Below are positions 1 through 12,991 of a stretch of DNA of 64,000 bases, piece by piece. The stretch lies in NCBI RefSeq assembly GCF_001194135.2, contig NC_068982.1, forward strand, positions 48,210,538 to 48,274,537. Reading direction: 5' to 3'. Within the stretch, counting starts at the first letter, position 1. Every line of letters starts with the position of its first letter. A model generated the notes under the pieces. The model ran no database searches, had not been told where the DNA came from, and was given only the letters and a program-made list of their open reading frames with translations. Both the position numbers and the translations under genes were made by a program. The DNA comes from Octopus bimaculoides. Its lineage: Eukaryota.

Positions 1-33
<33 letters not shown>

Positions 34-2289
34 AACTTGATGGTTGTTGTTATTATATGTCCGGTTCCTTTTTGTCCATTTCGAGAATATTATTATTACG
101 TTAATGTTAATTATAAAAATAAAAAATTAGAATTTTCTGTTTGTAATTCCCTATAATTTATAGATTATCAGTTCTACATCTGGGTAAGAAGTAAAAGTTA
201 AGAATTTTATTATTTTGACATCGAGGCATGGTTGCTATAACCTTAGATAATTTATTCACACACGAATTTATGTATGCATGCCTGTGTGTGTGTGAGTGTG
301 TGAGAGAGATAGAGAGAGATTGTGTTCATTAATATCTTTCTGTCATCATTATCACGTATCCCTTAGTGTGCTAATTCATGAGTATGCATATATATATATA
401 TATATAAGTAAAGTAAATAAATGTACATATGTGTGTGTATGTGTTAATACTTGCACCCATTGACTCAATGTAATTTTTTTTTATCTGGCTGACATGTGTT
501 AGGTGCACAACAACACAAGTATTTTAATGACACTGTATACACAACATGCACACATACAAGTATTTACAAGTAAATATATGCATACATCTATTATGTATGT
601 GTGCATGTATGCATCAGTATAATTGATCCTCTTCTCTAAAGAGATAGCATAAAACGAAATATTGTTGACATGCATCTTGGAATTTGTACTGAATTGCTTT
701 CTTTCTCATTTAAAATTGTAATAGTTCTTTGGGGCTTGTATTTTGTATTTATAATATTTACACTATCTTTATACAAATCAACATCTACTACTCAGATTAA
801 ATACTTTGGAAAATCTTCAGCATGAGATTTCTAGTATTCAGTTCTATATTACTAATGAATTTACTGTCTACAACACAAATGTTAACAATTCAGCCCAACT
901 ACTACTGACTACCTACATATCAGTCTGGTGGAATGAAACATTAGATCCACTTGGAATAGGTTGACTAGAAACAAATGGTTGTGATCACAATAGCAGCTGT
1001 CTCTAGGAAGGAGTGTCAATTGTTTTAATGATATTAGAAAATATATGAAGAGGCCAAAAGATACCTTCTATGAAAGACAATGCTTTATGCATTTTTTTTT
1101 TTTTTTTGTGGGCAGAGTAATAAGTAACAGAACTCATGCTGGACATGTTTAAAAGACAAACTACAGCAAATCATCAATCAGCTCTGTGGATGGAAATTAG
1201 GTCTAATTAAGCAATAGGCAACATGGTGTTAGAACAGAAAAGCAGATAATATAACTGACAAATGACATATGCAATGAAAAGTGTGAAAGATAGGAAGAAT
1301 AAAACTTGTTGATAGGTTACAACGTATAGATGATATGGTGGAAAGGGAAAATGGTAAAGTACCTCAAGCCAATGATTCATGCTTTGAAGATAGCTAATAG
1401 TTTAAAAAATCAGATTAAAGTGGGAGGAGCAAGAGTAGCAGTTATATGGTGCAGTTGAGGTTTATGTTGGGACATGCAAATTAAAAGTAGAAATTCTGGT
1501 AAAGAAAGTTCTTGGCAATGACAAAAAAAAAAAAAAAACCCCGACTAGTTTGCATTTGCTAACTTAGAAAGCTGTTTGATCAGGTCTTTTAATTTCTCAT
1601 CTGGTTAGAAAAGAAAGCGTGAATGAGATTGCTAACTTTGTTTTAAGTGAACTGTTCAAGATGTGTGAGTGTGACAAAAATGTAAGATTAAACATTAAGC
1701 TCATGGAAACACTGATATTCAGTTAGGCTTTATCTTTAATCTTTTATTCATTTGAGTCATTGAAGCTACTAAAATAAATTCAAGACTGGATCAATAATAG
1801 GATTCTTTACATCATCATTTTTTAAGTCAACTTTTCCATATTTGCATATACCCTGGGCAATACATGAAACTGTATTTGATGACGAGGATCCAGCTTGGAA
1901 GGTTCAGGGGTTTTAGGGAGCATGGAATTACTCCTAAGTCACAATTACTCTCAGGCCCTATCTGCCAAGAGCTCCAGTAACCATTCAAATAGTAGAAGAT
2001 CCTATGACTTGGAGACAGACTAGCCCCTAGACATGTATCACACAGGTCCCCTAGTGTGTGGACATGCTCTGAACCAATCCCTGTATATAAGGGTTAAATA
2101 GCCTGTCAAATGTGAGTTTGGAAGAGTTAAAGACTAGCAGAAACCAATAGAAAACCACTGCTGTATCTTTCCAAGAAAAATCAGGAATCTTCAGATTTTG
2201 GTATAACAGTTTGTTAGTTATAGTTGCTGACGCCTGTAAAACTGACATGGCACATGAAGAGAGACAGACAGACAGACAGATGGGATGGA

Positions 2290-2755
2290 TGGAGCAGAGT
2301 ATCTTGCTACTTGTCTTTTGTCTTTGTCTTTATGCAGTTTAGTCTTTTGTGATCAGGTGATGCTACTTCTTCAAATGTCTTCTTCTTCGACATTTACGTT
2401 CCAATTTGATTGCTTGGCATTTCTTTACTTCTGTCATCCTTCACACATCTGTACCTGTGCAGTCTTCTCTGATGCACACTGCATGTGATTTCTAAGATAT
2501 TCTTGTCAATCATAGTTCATTTGTGCTCCGTCTTTCATGAAGACTTACAACATTACATATCCATTACAACATACTTGCTTCACTTCTTTCCAGCTTTCAC
2601 GTGCACTCCACCTTCAGTGCCCACGGTTTGCTGTTATGCATCATCACATTTCATAGACAAGCATCACACAATCTCTCCTTCACATGAAGGAAGACTGCAC
2701 TTATTGCCACCAGGTGTAATAAATCACTGAGCTTTTTCCATCCCAATCTTACTCA
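2290..2755 (-). mobile_element. Decayed RTE-clade LINE ORF fragment (post-RT region)
   Basis: Minus translation with stops: RLGWKKLSDLLHLV..VKERLCDACL*NVMMHNSKPWALKVECT*KLERSEASML*WICNV; compare RTE-type RIGWKKF..KGRLYDACV..MLHGSETW..LERNEASMLRWMCNV. Confidence 0.8.
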
Positions 2756-2759
2756 CAAG

Positions 2760-2925
2760 TGTAGGTGTGGCTGTATGGTAAGAAGCTTACTTCTCAATCA
2801 CATGGTTCCCAGGTTCAAAGTGCCACTGTATGGCACTTTGGGCAAGTGTCTTCCACTATAGCCTTAGGTTGATCAAAGCCTTGTGAGTGGATTTGGTAGA
2901 CAAAAATTGAAAGAAGCCCATTATG

Positions 2926-2980
<55 letters not shown>

Positions 2981-3149
2981 NNNNNNNNNNNNNNNNNNNN
3001 NNNNNNNNNNNNNNNNNNNNNNNNNNNNNNNNNNNNNNNNNNNNNNNNNNNNNNNNNNNNNNNNNNNNNNNNNNNNNNNNNNNNNNNNNNNNNNNNNNNN
3101 NNNNNNNNNNNNNNNNNNNNNNNNNNNNNNNNNNNNNNNNNNNNNNNNN

Positions 3150-3180
<31 letters not shown>

Positions 3181-3412
3181 TTGTGTGTGTGTGTGTCTTT
3201 GTGTCTGTGTTTGTTTCCCTATTACCACTTGAAAAGTGGTGTTGGTGTGTTTATATCCCTGTAACTTAGTGGCTCAACAAAAGAAGCCGATGGAATAAGT
3301 ACTTGGCTTAAAAAATAAGTCCTGGGGTCAATTTGTTTGGCTAAAACTCCTCAAGGCAGCGCTCCAGCATGGCCACAGTCAAATGATTGAAACAAGTAAA
3401 AGAACAAAAGGA
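2760..3412 (+). mobile_element. SINE family A (central microsatellite contains N gap)
   Basis: Colinear with 59190-59660. Confidence 0.8.
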
Positions 3413-3707
3413 AGAACTGAGGCTGCTATGTTCTTGAAACACATTAGCCTTGCCTAGGTAGCATAAGCTATCATCTAATAGGAACCCTTCCAAGTATTTG
3501 ACAGAATCGATTTTTTGTATTTTAATATTTAAATTTTATTGTTATAGAATCAACTAGTGAGACCCATAAATATTTCTTGGAATTAATGGTAAACCTATTG
3601 GGTTATTTCTGAAAGCCTTATCCCAAAATCCTGAAAGTGTAGCTTGTGTTGTGTCTAAAGGAAAAATAGACACTCATCTACTAATCATTGAAAGGTGAAA
3701 AAAAATA

Positions 3708-4620
3708 GGGTTAATGCAGTTTTGCACCTCTCCTTGAAAAATGCCTTTTTGCAAAAAAATTTTTCCGGATTCCTACGTTTTGAATATCTGAGATTACGAA
3801 TATGCAAAGAAAAAAAAAAAAATTATTTCACCCCGCTTCCCCCAATTAAAATTTTTGATTTTGTTTTCCTTTAAAGAGATCATAGCTAACTGACGAACAT
3901 ATGCAAATAGAAATTAAATACAGACAAAAAGAATTAGCGTTTTACTTGTTTGCCTTAAATAATCCTAAATAATTTAATGTGAATTAAACATACACCATTT
4001 TATGAGCAACAAACATTCATGTTTAATAATTAATAAGGGGCTCAAATTTCACCCCTTGCCCAATTTTAAATTTTGAACTTTTTCATCCATTCATTTATCA
4101 CTGTCTATCTATTTATCCCTGTCCGTTTATTCATAAAATACATTTGTCAACTAAATGCGGCGGTCCTATAGAAGATGATGTTACTGTTGATTTTAACCCC
4201 AGGAAGACATTCATATCTATCTCTTTATGCACATAGCTACATGCTTATTGAATTTAAAATTTTGAAAACATGGTTTTCAAAACATGGTAGCATTAGGAAG
4301 GGCATCCAGCTGTAGAAACTCTGCCAAATCAGATTNNNNNNNNNNNNNNNNNNNNNNNNNNNNNNNNNNNNNNNNNNNNNNNNNNNNNNNNNNNNNNNNN
4401 NNNNNNNNNNNNNNNNNNNNNNNNNNNNNNNNNNNNNNNNNNNNNNNNNNNNNNNNNNNNNNNNNNNNNNNNNNNNNNNNNNNNNNNNNNNNNNNNNNNN
4501 NNNNNNNNNNNNNNNNNNNTGCATATTCGTAATCTCGGACATCTAAAACATAGAAAACAGAAAAAAATTTTTTCAAAAAAAATGCATTTTTCAAGGAGAG
4601 GTGTGAAACTGCATTAGCCC
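3708..4620. mobile_element. Non-autonomous DNA element with roughly 100-bp imperfect TIRs (GGG..CCC ends), containing an RTE-UTR fragment and an N gap
   Basis: gggttaatgcagttttgcacctctccttgaaaaatgc..gagattacgaatatgca versus tgcatattcgtaatctc..gcatttttcaaggagaggtgtgaaactgcattagccc. No clear TSD. Confidence 0.65.
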
Positions 4621-4983
4621 TGAAAATTAGAATACGATGATTACTTAATGCACAATTTTATAGACTTAAAACACAGTACTCTTCCTCTTTGCCATACTCA
4701 CTCCTTTTTCTTTCACTCTTCGCCTTCCCTTCAACTAATCACATGAATGAATTGCAGACAGGCTAAGTAATGGAGGAACAAAACTTAATCCAAAAAAAAA
4801 AATTACACATTTCACTCACCACTACCTCTCCCTCCCACAACCCATCCCTCCTCTCTCCCCCCTTTGACTAATTAGGTGGAAGTGTTAGACAGGCTAAGTA
4901 ACAGAGGAACAAGCAGAATTATTATAAGATTGAAAAGTGAATAGAAACAAGAATTTTGACATCAAAAAGCTTGATGATCACGA

Positions 4984-5210
4984 TTAACCCATTAGTGTTT
5001 AAACCAGCCATATCTGGCCCAAATATTCTACTTGTTTTGCATTCAAACCAGGCAGATCTGGTTTCTCACACCTATACTATAATGCCATTTTAAAAATAAG
5101 CAATGACATCATCAAAATCTTGAATCTATAAGATAATGCATGATTCATTCAAAACGGTGTGAATGAATTACCATCACATTTGACATAATATTTGAAGGCT
5201 AGAGGGTTAA
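4984..5210. mobile_element. TTAA-flanked MITE (piggyBac-like CCC..GGG ends)
   Basis: ttaa|cccattag ... ctagaggg|ttaa. Same body as 12763, 44533 and 52396. Confidence 0.75.
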
Positions 5211-5335
5211 AGTGATGATCAGCCTTGATCATGTGTCCAATAGTGATCCAGTAAATAGCCATAGTCATTCTTTTAAATGAGTGTAAGCAGAAAATAAAGA
5301 CATATTTAGTGAATAAAAACAATAGTTATACAAAA

Positions 5336-5600
5336 TACAGGGTGTCCCAGAATTCATTATTTATTTCAATGAAGTCGGGCAAATTTCAAAAAAGCTGATA
5401 GGATTTTATATTTATTACTTAATTATGGTACTGAAGCAAATAGATTTATAAATCTTATGTCAAAACTTTATTGAAAATTTTCAGCATGTGCTCCATCTGT
5501 TTCCCTGCAAATTTCAAATCTATCCTTCGTGTTGTGTAACACATTTTGAAGCATTTCAGGAGTTATCTCCTACACTACTAACTGAATGCATTCTCTAAAG
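5336..5600 (-). mobile_element. Tc1/mariner 3' end fragment with TIR
   Basis: TA|CAGGGTGTCCC terminus. Minus translation EITPEMLQNVLHNTKDRFEICRETDGAHAENFQ* resembles a Tc1/maT transposase C-terminus. Confidence 0.65.
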
Positions 5601-6312
5601 TTCAACTAAACTATTGCTTCACCCAGGGGATGGATGTAGAGAAAATGATTGCAGCTAAATTAGATGAGCAAGATCTAACAAGAATGGAAATAAAATTCTA
5701 AAAATACTAGAGTTATAAACAAAATTAAAAATGTATACACTTTTAATACATATTAAACATGATAAACATAAATAAAAGAGAGTTTTAAAAAAAATTTGTC
5801 TAATTTCACTGAAATAATTCATTCTGGTACAACTTGTGTATGGTATAAGTCTGACATGAAGCCAAATATTTAGCTGCATAAAATAAACACTAATTACTAA
5901 TATTGATAATACTACTAACAGTAGGTACTTACCAAGGACAATAGATCTCAAACTATTCTGATACATACTGGAAATGTTACATATCTCTAGTTACTTAGAT
6001 ATGCAGTGTTTGGAACTAGTAACTATTTAACTATTCAGTGACCTAGGTTTGAGGGGAATGGAAGAATTTGGAGATGGAAATTTTGCATTGAAAAATAGAA
6101 AACAAAAGAGTCTTTCCCGCAATACACATTAAATACAGATTATATAATGGTTGGTTAAGAAATTTAATGTGTAGCCATAGAATATGACAGAGGTGTTGCA
6201 GTAGATCTGCAGCAATTAGAAATGAATGAAATGACGTTATTATGGTCCATTGGTCAAGCAGTATGAAGTTGGGAAGGAAAATATTAAATGCCAATGTTTC
6301 AAAACAGTGATA

Positions 6313-7715
6313 TATCATCATCATTATCATTTAATGCCCATTGTCCGTGCTGGCATGGGTTAGATGGTTTGACCAGAGCTGGCAAACTGCACCAGGCTCC
6401 AGTCTGATTTGGCATGGTTTCTATGGCTGGATGCTCTTCCTAATGCTAACCACTTTACAGAGTGTGCTGGGTGCCTTTATGTGGCACTGTACAGGTGTTT
6501 TTACATGGCACCACAAGGGTGCTTTTATGTGGAACCACACAGACACTTTTACATGGCACTGCCACGAGTGCTTTTCACCACAAGAGAGACTGATCTTAAC
6601 AATTCCAAAGTGGAGTATGGATTTTCTTGAGTACAGCAAGGCACTGGGCATCTCGGTCCTTTGTCATCTCACCTGAAAGGTTCAGCATCCTGAAGTCATT
6701 CCTCAGTACTTCATCCCATGTCTTCTTGGGTCTCCACTTGTTCCATCTACTTTGAAAGATCAGCACTTTTTTATGGAGTTGTCAGCATTGATTCACATCA
6801 CGTGACCAAACCAGTGAAGTCTTCTCTCTTGCACACAGCAACTAATTCCTCTTATGCCTAACTTCTCTCTCAAAACACTAGCACTCTGTCAAACATGTAC
6901 TCTTACATTACACATCCAGCAGAACATACTAGCCTCATTTCATTCTAACCTTTGCATGTCCTCTGCATTCAGAGCCCGACTCTCACTACCATGTAAAATT
7001 GCTGTCCGTATACCTGCATCATACAATCTTCCTTTTCCTTGGAGAGAGAAACTTTTCGTGGCCATCCTATTCTTATTTTAGCTATCACACTCTCTGTGCA
7101 TCCTTCCTCACTACTAATTTGGTCCCCTAAGTAACAGAAGTTATCTACTACCTCTAATGAGCCACTAGGGCATTTGAGAGAATCAATTTCTTGAGTCTCT
7201 AAAGTTTTATGGGTCCTCGGCATCTTCCACATATGAAAACTATCTTCTCTGATAACGTTCCAATAAATCCACTGCACCTCTTGTGTGTCAATAGCTTACT
7301 CTGGGTACACTGTATGGAGTTCCTTTCTACATCTTTCCTACAAAACGAACAGGATTATCTACTTGAGAGTGGAGTAGGGTCCTGTCAGTTTTCTTGCTTA
7401 TTAGGACCTTAATATTTGCTAAGTAAACCTTAAGGCCTTTAGATTCCAGGTTTTGCTTCCATGCTTAGAATTTTTCTTCTAGCTCTGATATGGAAGCTGT
7501 TATAAGGGCAAGATCATCAACATATATTAATTCCCAGGGGCTTCCAGTCTTGAATCCCTGTTATGGCTTGGAAAACAATGATGAAAAGGAAGGGACTAAG
7601 GACTGAGCCGTGATGAACCCCTACCTGTACATCAAATTCTCCACTGTCCTCGTGGTTTACTCTCACCTTACTGTCAGTGTCTTTGTACATGGCTTGATAT
7701 ATATCATACACATTA
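6313..7715 (-). mobile_element. 5'-truncated RTE-clade LINE (RT remnant, 3' UTR and (GAT)n tail)
   Basis: ORF 7517-7711 has FDVQVGVHHGSVLSPFLFIIV (RT motif GxHQGSxLSP). ORF 6969-7277 has LEVVDNFCYLGDQIS..AKIRIGW. The 3' UTR is shared with 17309-18117 and ends in (ATG)n at about 6313-6330. Confidence 0.88.
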
Positions 7716-8334
7716 GCTAATGAATGCAGGATAGATAGCTAAGTTACATAATGCAAATGGGTGAAGTATTCTGGGTAAAAAAAGCTGTAGACAGAAGGTA
7801 CAGATAGAGTGGAGAAGAGTAACATAAAATCAGGAAGGATTATTAAGAAAATCATACTGAAGAATGGTGGGATTCTTTGGTACAAGGGCAAGTTTAAAGA
7901 TACATGAAAAGACATTGTATTGTAGGCTAGACAAACACATGTCACTTTAGAAAAGGCAGGCTTTAAACAATGATGAGGATGAAGACTATATATATATAAT
8001 ATGGAAATTTTATAAAGTTGATCAGATTCTATTTAAATAACTGTAGTTTCATCTTAATAACTTTGAAATATGAACTTAGTCATTCTTATTCTGATTCTTT
8101 TCCACTTGGATTTTTTCATAAGACCCTGCTTGCAGTATCAAGCTCTTTGTATCCATTCTTTGCACTCCAGTACCATAATTTCATATCCATATATATGAGT
8201 GAATATATGTACGTACACACACACACACACATACGTGTATATTTAAACAATCAGACACATGCATAAACATACAGACTAAACACAAAATCAAAAATCTAAC
8301 ACATGTAGATACAGTTGAACGAATGAATTATTCA

Positions 8335-8340
8335 TTTATT
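8335..8340 (-). promoter_or_regulatory. Candidate polyadenylation signal (AATAAA) for the PTP transcript
   Basis: First minus-strand AATAAA I found after the stop (about 1.06 kb of 3' UTR). It is followed on the minus strand by a GT/T-rich tract (gtgttagatttttgattttgtgttt). AT-rich background makes a chance hit likely. Confidence 0.35.
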
Positions 8341-9205
8341 TGCATGTGATATTATTCTTTGATAAATTATTTCACAGACAAATTGAATGACAGACTAAAT
8401 GTTATTTATATATTTTAGAATACAACATTAATTACATAAAATCATCGTCAAATACAAGTTAATTATCCATCCATACATATACATTCATATAAATAGACAC
8501 ACACACTCACACATATGCTCGTAAAAATATATATACCAAAGTATTCATATATTTATACATGCTCATACATATAGATAATATACATACATTCATATATATA
8601 TATATACATATATATATATAATGTGAAATCATTTATAAATATACACTTATAAACAAGTTCACACATGCATATACACATACACACATATTGCCAGTGTATA
8701 TAAAACAAATTTATGAATTGTTAATTCGTTGGAAGCAGTGACATAAGTTATTCAATTTATCATTAAATGATTTTGTTTTTGATAAAATATTTTGATAATT
8801 TTTGCCCTGCTCAAGTCTTGTCATTTCTTCATGCCAGCAGTTTTCAGCTGTTTCTTTAACAAGCAGTTTTCATTTCTGCGACATTGCATTATATGTATAC
8901 AAACATTTCTATACACACTTACACATAGATACATATGCACATAGCCACACAAACTGTATTCAGTATACATGTATATGTGTGTCCGAATGTGCATGCATAT
9001 ATGTGTCTGAGTATGTACATAAGCATAATATACAATACATTTATATATCTCCATGTATATTCAATGTATGTATGGTCTTACACACACACACAGAGGAAAT
9101 GCTTACATATCATATATGCACACATGTGTGTATAATATATATATATATAATTCTATACAGATATGAATATGTATAAATAATTATATACACATTTCTGTAT
9201 GTATG

Positions 9206-9244
<39 letters not shown>

Positions 9245-9401
9245 CTTATATTATAGAATGTTTATGTTATGTTTTCCATGTGTGTGCTTGTATGTACATG
9301 TTTCCAATTAGCAGCAGTGGATGTAAAATGCAAGGATCAACTTGGTAAGTTAGTTCCATTGCCAAAGAACTTTGGTAACTTTAGCTGAAGTTATCACTCT
9401 G

Positions 9402-9491
9402 CTAAGTATAAGTGACGGCATTTCCCGTGGTTCTTGAGGATGTCGACGATATAGAGGGACTCATCACCATGGTAGCGTATTCCAACAGTGC
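9402..9491 (-). CDS. PTP terminal coding exon D: ALLEYATMVMSPSISSTSSRTTGNAVTYT*
   Basis: Strong acceptor tttttttctctcttccttctag|GCA, phase 0. 29 codons + TAG (9404-9402). Gives QYALIYK|ALLEY, the canonical end of a PTP domain, then a Ser/Thr-rich tail. Confidence 0.9.
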   Translation of the reverse strand, partial: ALLEYATMVMSPSISSTSSRTTGNAVTYT

Positions 9492-9543
9492 CTAGAAGGA
9501 AGAGAGAAAAAAATGTAAGAATTTTAATACTTTAGCAAACTAT

Positions 9544-9580
<37 letters not shown>

Positions 9581-9858
9581 CATATATATNNNNNNNNNNN
9601 NNNNNNNNNNNNNNNNNNNNNNNNNNNNNNNNNNNNNNNNNNNNNNNNNNNNNNNNNNNNNNNNNNNNNNNNNNNNNNNNNNNNNNNNNNNNNNNNNNNN
9701 NNNTTGTATGTGTGGTTTTCTCCTTAAAAATAAAACATCTGCATACATAAAACTGATAGCTAGAATATGGAAATGTGCTTCAAGAGGTCACAGCTTGGGT
9801 TGTAATTTCTTCTACATATTGCATATATATATGTAAGTGTGTGTGTGTGTGTGTGTAT

Positions 9859-9901
<43 letters not shown>

Positions 9902-9903
9902 TA

Positions 9904-10127
9904 TACAAGAGGAGGTGCTGAAAATTTCCTGGCTTTGGGTAAAAGGAAATACAGGAGGATCAGTTAATTATGATTTTATTCCACATCCCTCTCATATCCA
10001 GACACTTATTGCAGTGGTCCTTCACTTCACTTTTTCTAAGCCCTGTGAAAGAACTCAGAAGGTTGGGTCTATAACTAGGCCTTTTGTGATACCCGTAAGG
10101 CCAGGAACTTTTCAGCACCTCCTTGTA
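9904..10127. mobile_element. Mariner-type MITE with TA TSD
   Basis: TIRs TA|caagaggaggtgctgaaaatttcctggc ... gccaggaacttttcagcacctccttg|TA. Confidence 0.82.
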
Positions 10128-10685
10128 TATATTGAATATGTGTGTGTGTGTGTATGAACATGATTAAATATTATTTGATTCAAGGTCTCAGGTGAAAGGT
10201 GTTCTGGACATGTCTTGATCTGTTGTGTACAGTTGATAAAAAAAAAAAAGAAAAACAAGCCTGACTTAAATATTCTTGATAGAAACTTAACAAAAAGGTA
10301 AAAATATGGAGACAAATACTGAGATGTAAATTTTAAGCACTGTGAAATGACAATAGCCCAGTGGTTAGAACAACAGGTCTAGTTAGTAAAAATATAGATT
10401 CCCAATTTAATCTCTGGCCAATCCTGTGATGCATATCATTTGAAGATAATTGAAGAAAGATTTCAGATTAAATATCATGTAATCAACATGTCCAACATGT
10501 CCAAGAAAATACAGAGAAAAACATCAATATTAACTGATTGCAAAAAATACGACACAATTGTTGTTAATGCATTCTATTGTTAGGGATTTCAGTGTTTATG
10601 TGTGTGTGTCTATATGCATTAAAAAAAAAACTTGTACATGCACACGTGTGTGTGTGAATATATATATGTATACAGGCATATGTAT

Positions 10686-11054
10686 CTTTTATCATTTACT
10701 TGTATCAGTCATTAGACTGTGGTCATGCTGGGGCACTGCCTTGAATTTTTAGTCGAATGAATTGACCGCAGTTCTTTTTTGTTTTTGAAGCCTGGTACTT
10801 ATTCTATCATTCTCTTTTGCTGAACTGCAAAGTTATGGGGATGCAAACACACCAACACCGGTTGTCAAGCGGTGGTGGTGGAAAAAATAGATACAAAGAC
10901 ACACACATATACATACATGATGGGCTTCTTTCAATTTCCGTCTACAAAATCCACTCACAAGGCTTTGATTGCCTAAGGTGCCACATACTGAGACTGAACC
11001 CCGAATCATGTGGCTGGGAAGCAAATTTCTTACCACACAGCCATGCCTGCACCT
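10686..11054 (-). mobile_element. SINE family A
   Basis: Reverse complement of 59190 copy. Confidence 0.78.
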
Positions 11055-11519
11055 ATGTATGTGTAAATGTGTGCGTGTGTATTTGCACCGCTCTTTAAAG
11101 TAGAAATCCGCATCTGCAACCCCCATCATTGCTAAAACTAAATAGTGGATCAATAAATTAAATAAAATAGAATCATAGGTAGATAGATGCTGGAAAATTA
11201 ATGGAGACAGCCATACGCTTTATACATTTATTCTATAACAACAAACTTCACTATTCTTTCCTAAAATCAATATTTCATTTATTCATTCTTAACCTCATGC
11301 TTTTGTGTTTATTCTACTTCATTTGTGCTAAGAGCATTACCTTTTTGACTACTCTGGATTTAATACCTCAACATATCTTTGTAGAACTTGTTTGTCCAGT
11401 GTTTCTTTGCTTTTTAATGTCTGTTTTGTTTCTCATCTTTCCTCTTCAATTATATGCATTATTATGATCTTCTCTGATGTTGTTACAAGATGTAAATTGC
11501 AAATAAAATGTATTATTGT

Positions 11520-11815
11520 AGGAGACCTAGACCTCTGGAGATATGCTGTGATTGAGAAGACCCAGCAAATAAAGTGAAATTGCAGCCATAGCTGATGCCA
11601 GTGTTGCATGTCCAGCCCATTTAAAAGTACCCTTGATGCGTTGGGCAATATGATATGCTTGAGAAGACCTGCTGAGTCAAGCAAAGCCAAAATCGTAGCT
11701 GTGGCCAGTGCCCCCTGACTGGCTCCCATTCTGGTGGCATGTAAAATGCACCATCTGAATGTGGTCGATGCCAGGTCTGCCTGACTGGCTCCCATGCATG
11801 ATAAAATAAGTACCA
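11520..11815 (+). mobile_element. RTE 3'-end/UTR fragment
   Basis: gatatgctgtgattgagaagacc..ggtggcatgtaaaatgcacc motifs as in 17309-18117, opposite strand. Confidence 0.65.
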
Positions 11816-12762
11816 GGCTTAAAAGAAAAAAAACTACCATTTTTAAATAAATGATGGGTGACAATGTTTATTTGAGGAAAACAAAAATGAAAACTCTGTA
11901 AAGCTAGCTGAAATATTTAGAGATAAATCCAAGAATACAATTCAGACAATTATTTTATTTCAATCTGTCTTTAACATCATTCAGAAAAAAAATTATATAA
12001 AAATTAAATTTGTATTTTTATTGTCTTTCTTAATAACCCATCACTGCCAGACCCCATTTTTTCCCTTTTCTTGTGATACTGAGGTCAAAAGAAAGAGTTA
12101 TATCCTCACTATCTGATTATAGTGTGATGCTCAGAGAAACAGACTAAGAAGCAACTGTATTTCTTTTATCGTATTTTTCTCAGCTTTAATCACCACTAAT
12201 CTTCCTTGCCTTTCTTTGCTTTGCTTTGCATCTCATTTAGACTCTCTCTCTCTCTCTCTCTCTTACTTTTCTCTACTTCCTACTATATTTAATTTTACAA
12301 TTTTCCTTCCTTGTATCAAATCTCATTCAACTCAAGATTTTAACCTGTTTCTTTTACCCGCTACCACTTTTTAAAGTCTTGCTTTATCATTTTTCTTATC
12401 TTTTCATCTTGTCCATTTATCAAAATGACTACTTTTAACATTAAAAAAAAAATATTTAATTTTTGCTTAATTTCCTTATTTTAATGGTTTCCAATTCTAC
12501 TTCTCTTTATGAAGTCTTTATTGTTTTTTAACTTTACATCATCACTCGACCCATATTAAGTATCAGTTAAATCTCAAACAATTACAAACTATTTAAAAAA
12601 AAAAAGTAACCGATACATTAGATCACTGGTTCTCAGCCATTTTCTGACCATGGACTTATTTTACCCAGGATGGAGGCGGTTCTCATAGCCATTTGATGTC
12701 TAAAAACTCCTATTATATTTTTATGATTAAATATTATTGGGAAATTGCATAAAAAAACATGT

Positions 12763-12991
12763 TTAACCCATTATCATTCAAGCTGGCCACATCTGACCAA
12801 AACATTCTACCTGCTTTATATTCAAACTAACCAAACCTGGCTTCTCACAACAACCCTACAATATCATTCTAAATATTAACTATTAGCTCATCAAAATCTC
12901 AAGGCTATGAGATAATGCATGATTTATTCAAAAACAATGTGAATGAATAAGCATTACTTTTGACAGAATAATCTGAATGCTAAAGGGTTAA
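12763..12991. mobile_element. TTAA-flanked MITE
   Basis: ttaa|cccattatcattc ... gaatgctaaaggg|ttaa. Confidence 0.78.

Noticed and set aside
900-1520. Purine-rich stretch resembling an old retroelement (similar impression at 7740-7960)
   Set aside because: No recognisable motif in any frame.
6475-6575. Short regularly spaced repeats resembling a CRISPR array (also 17460-17700)
   Set aside because: These are internal subrepeats of the RTE 3' UTR in a eukaryotic context, with degenerate units and no unique spacers or cas genes.
9381-9404. Stop readthrough or TAG-to-TGG editing adding xQSDNFS
   Set aside because: Context TAG-CAG-AGT only partly matches leaky motifs; no supporting evidence in the sequence.
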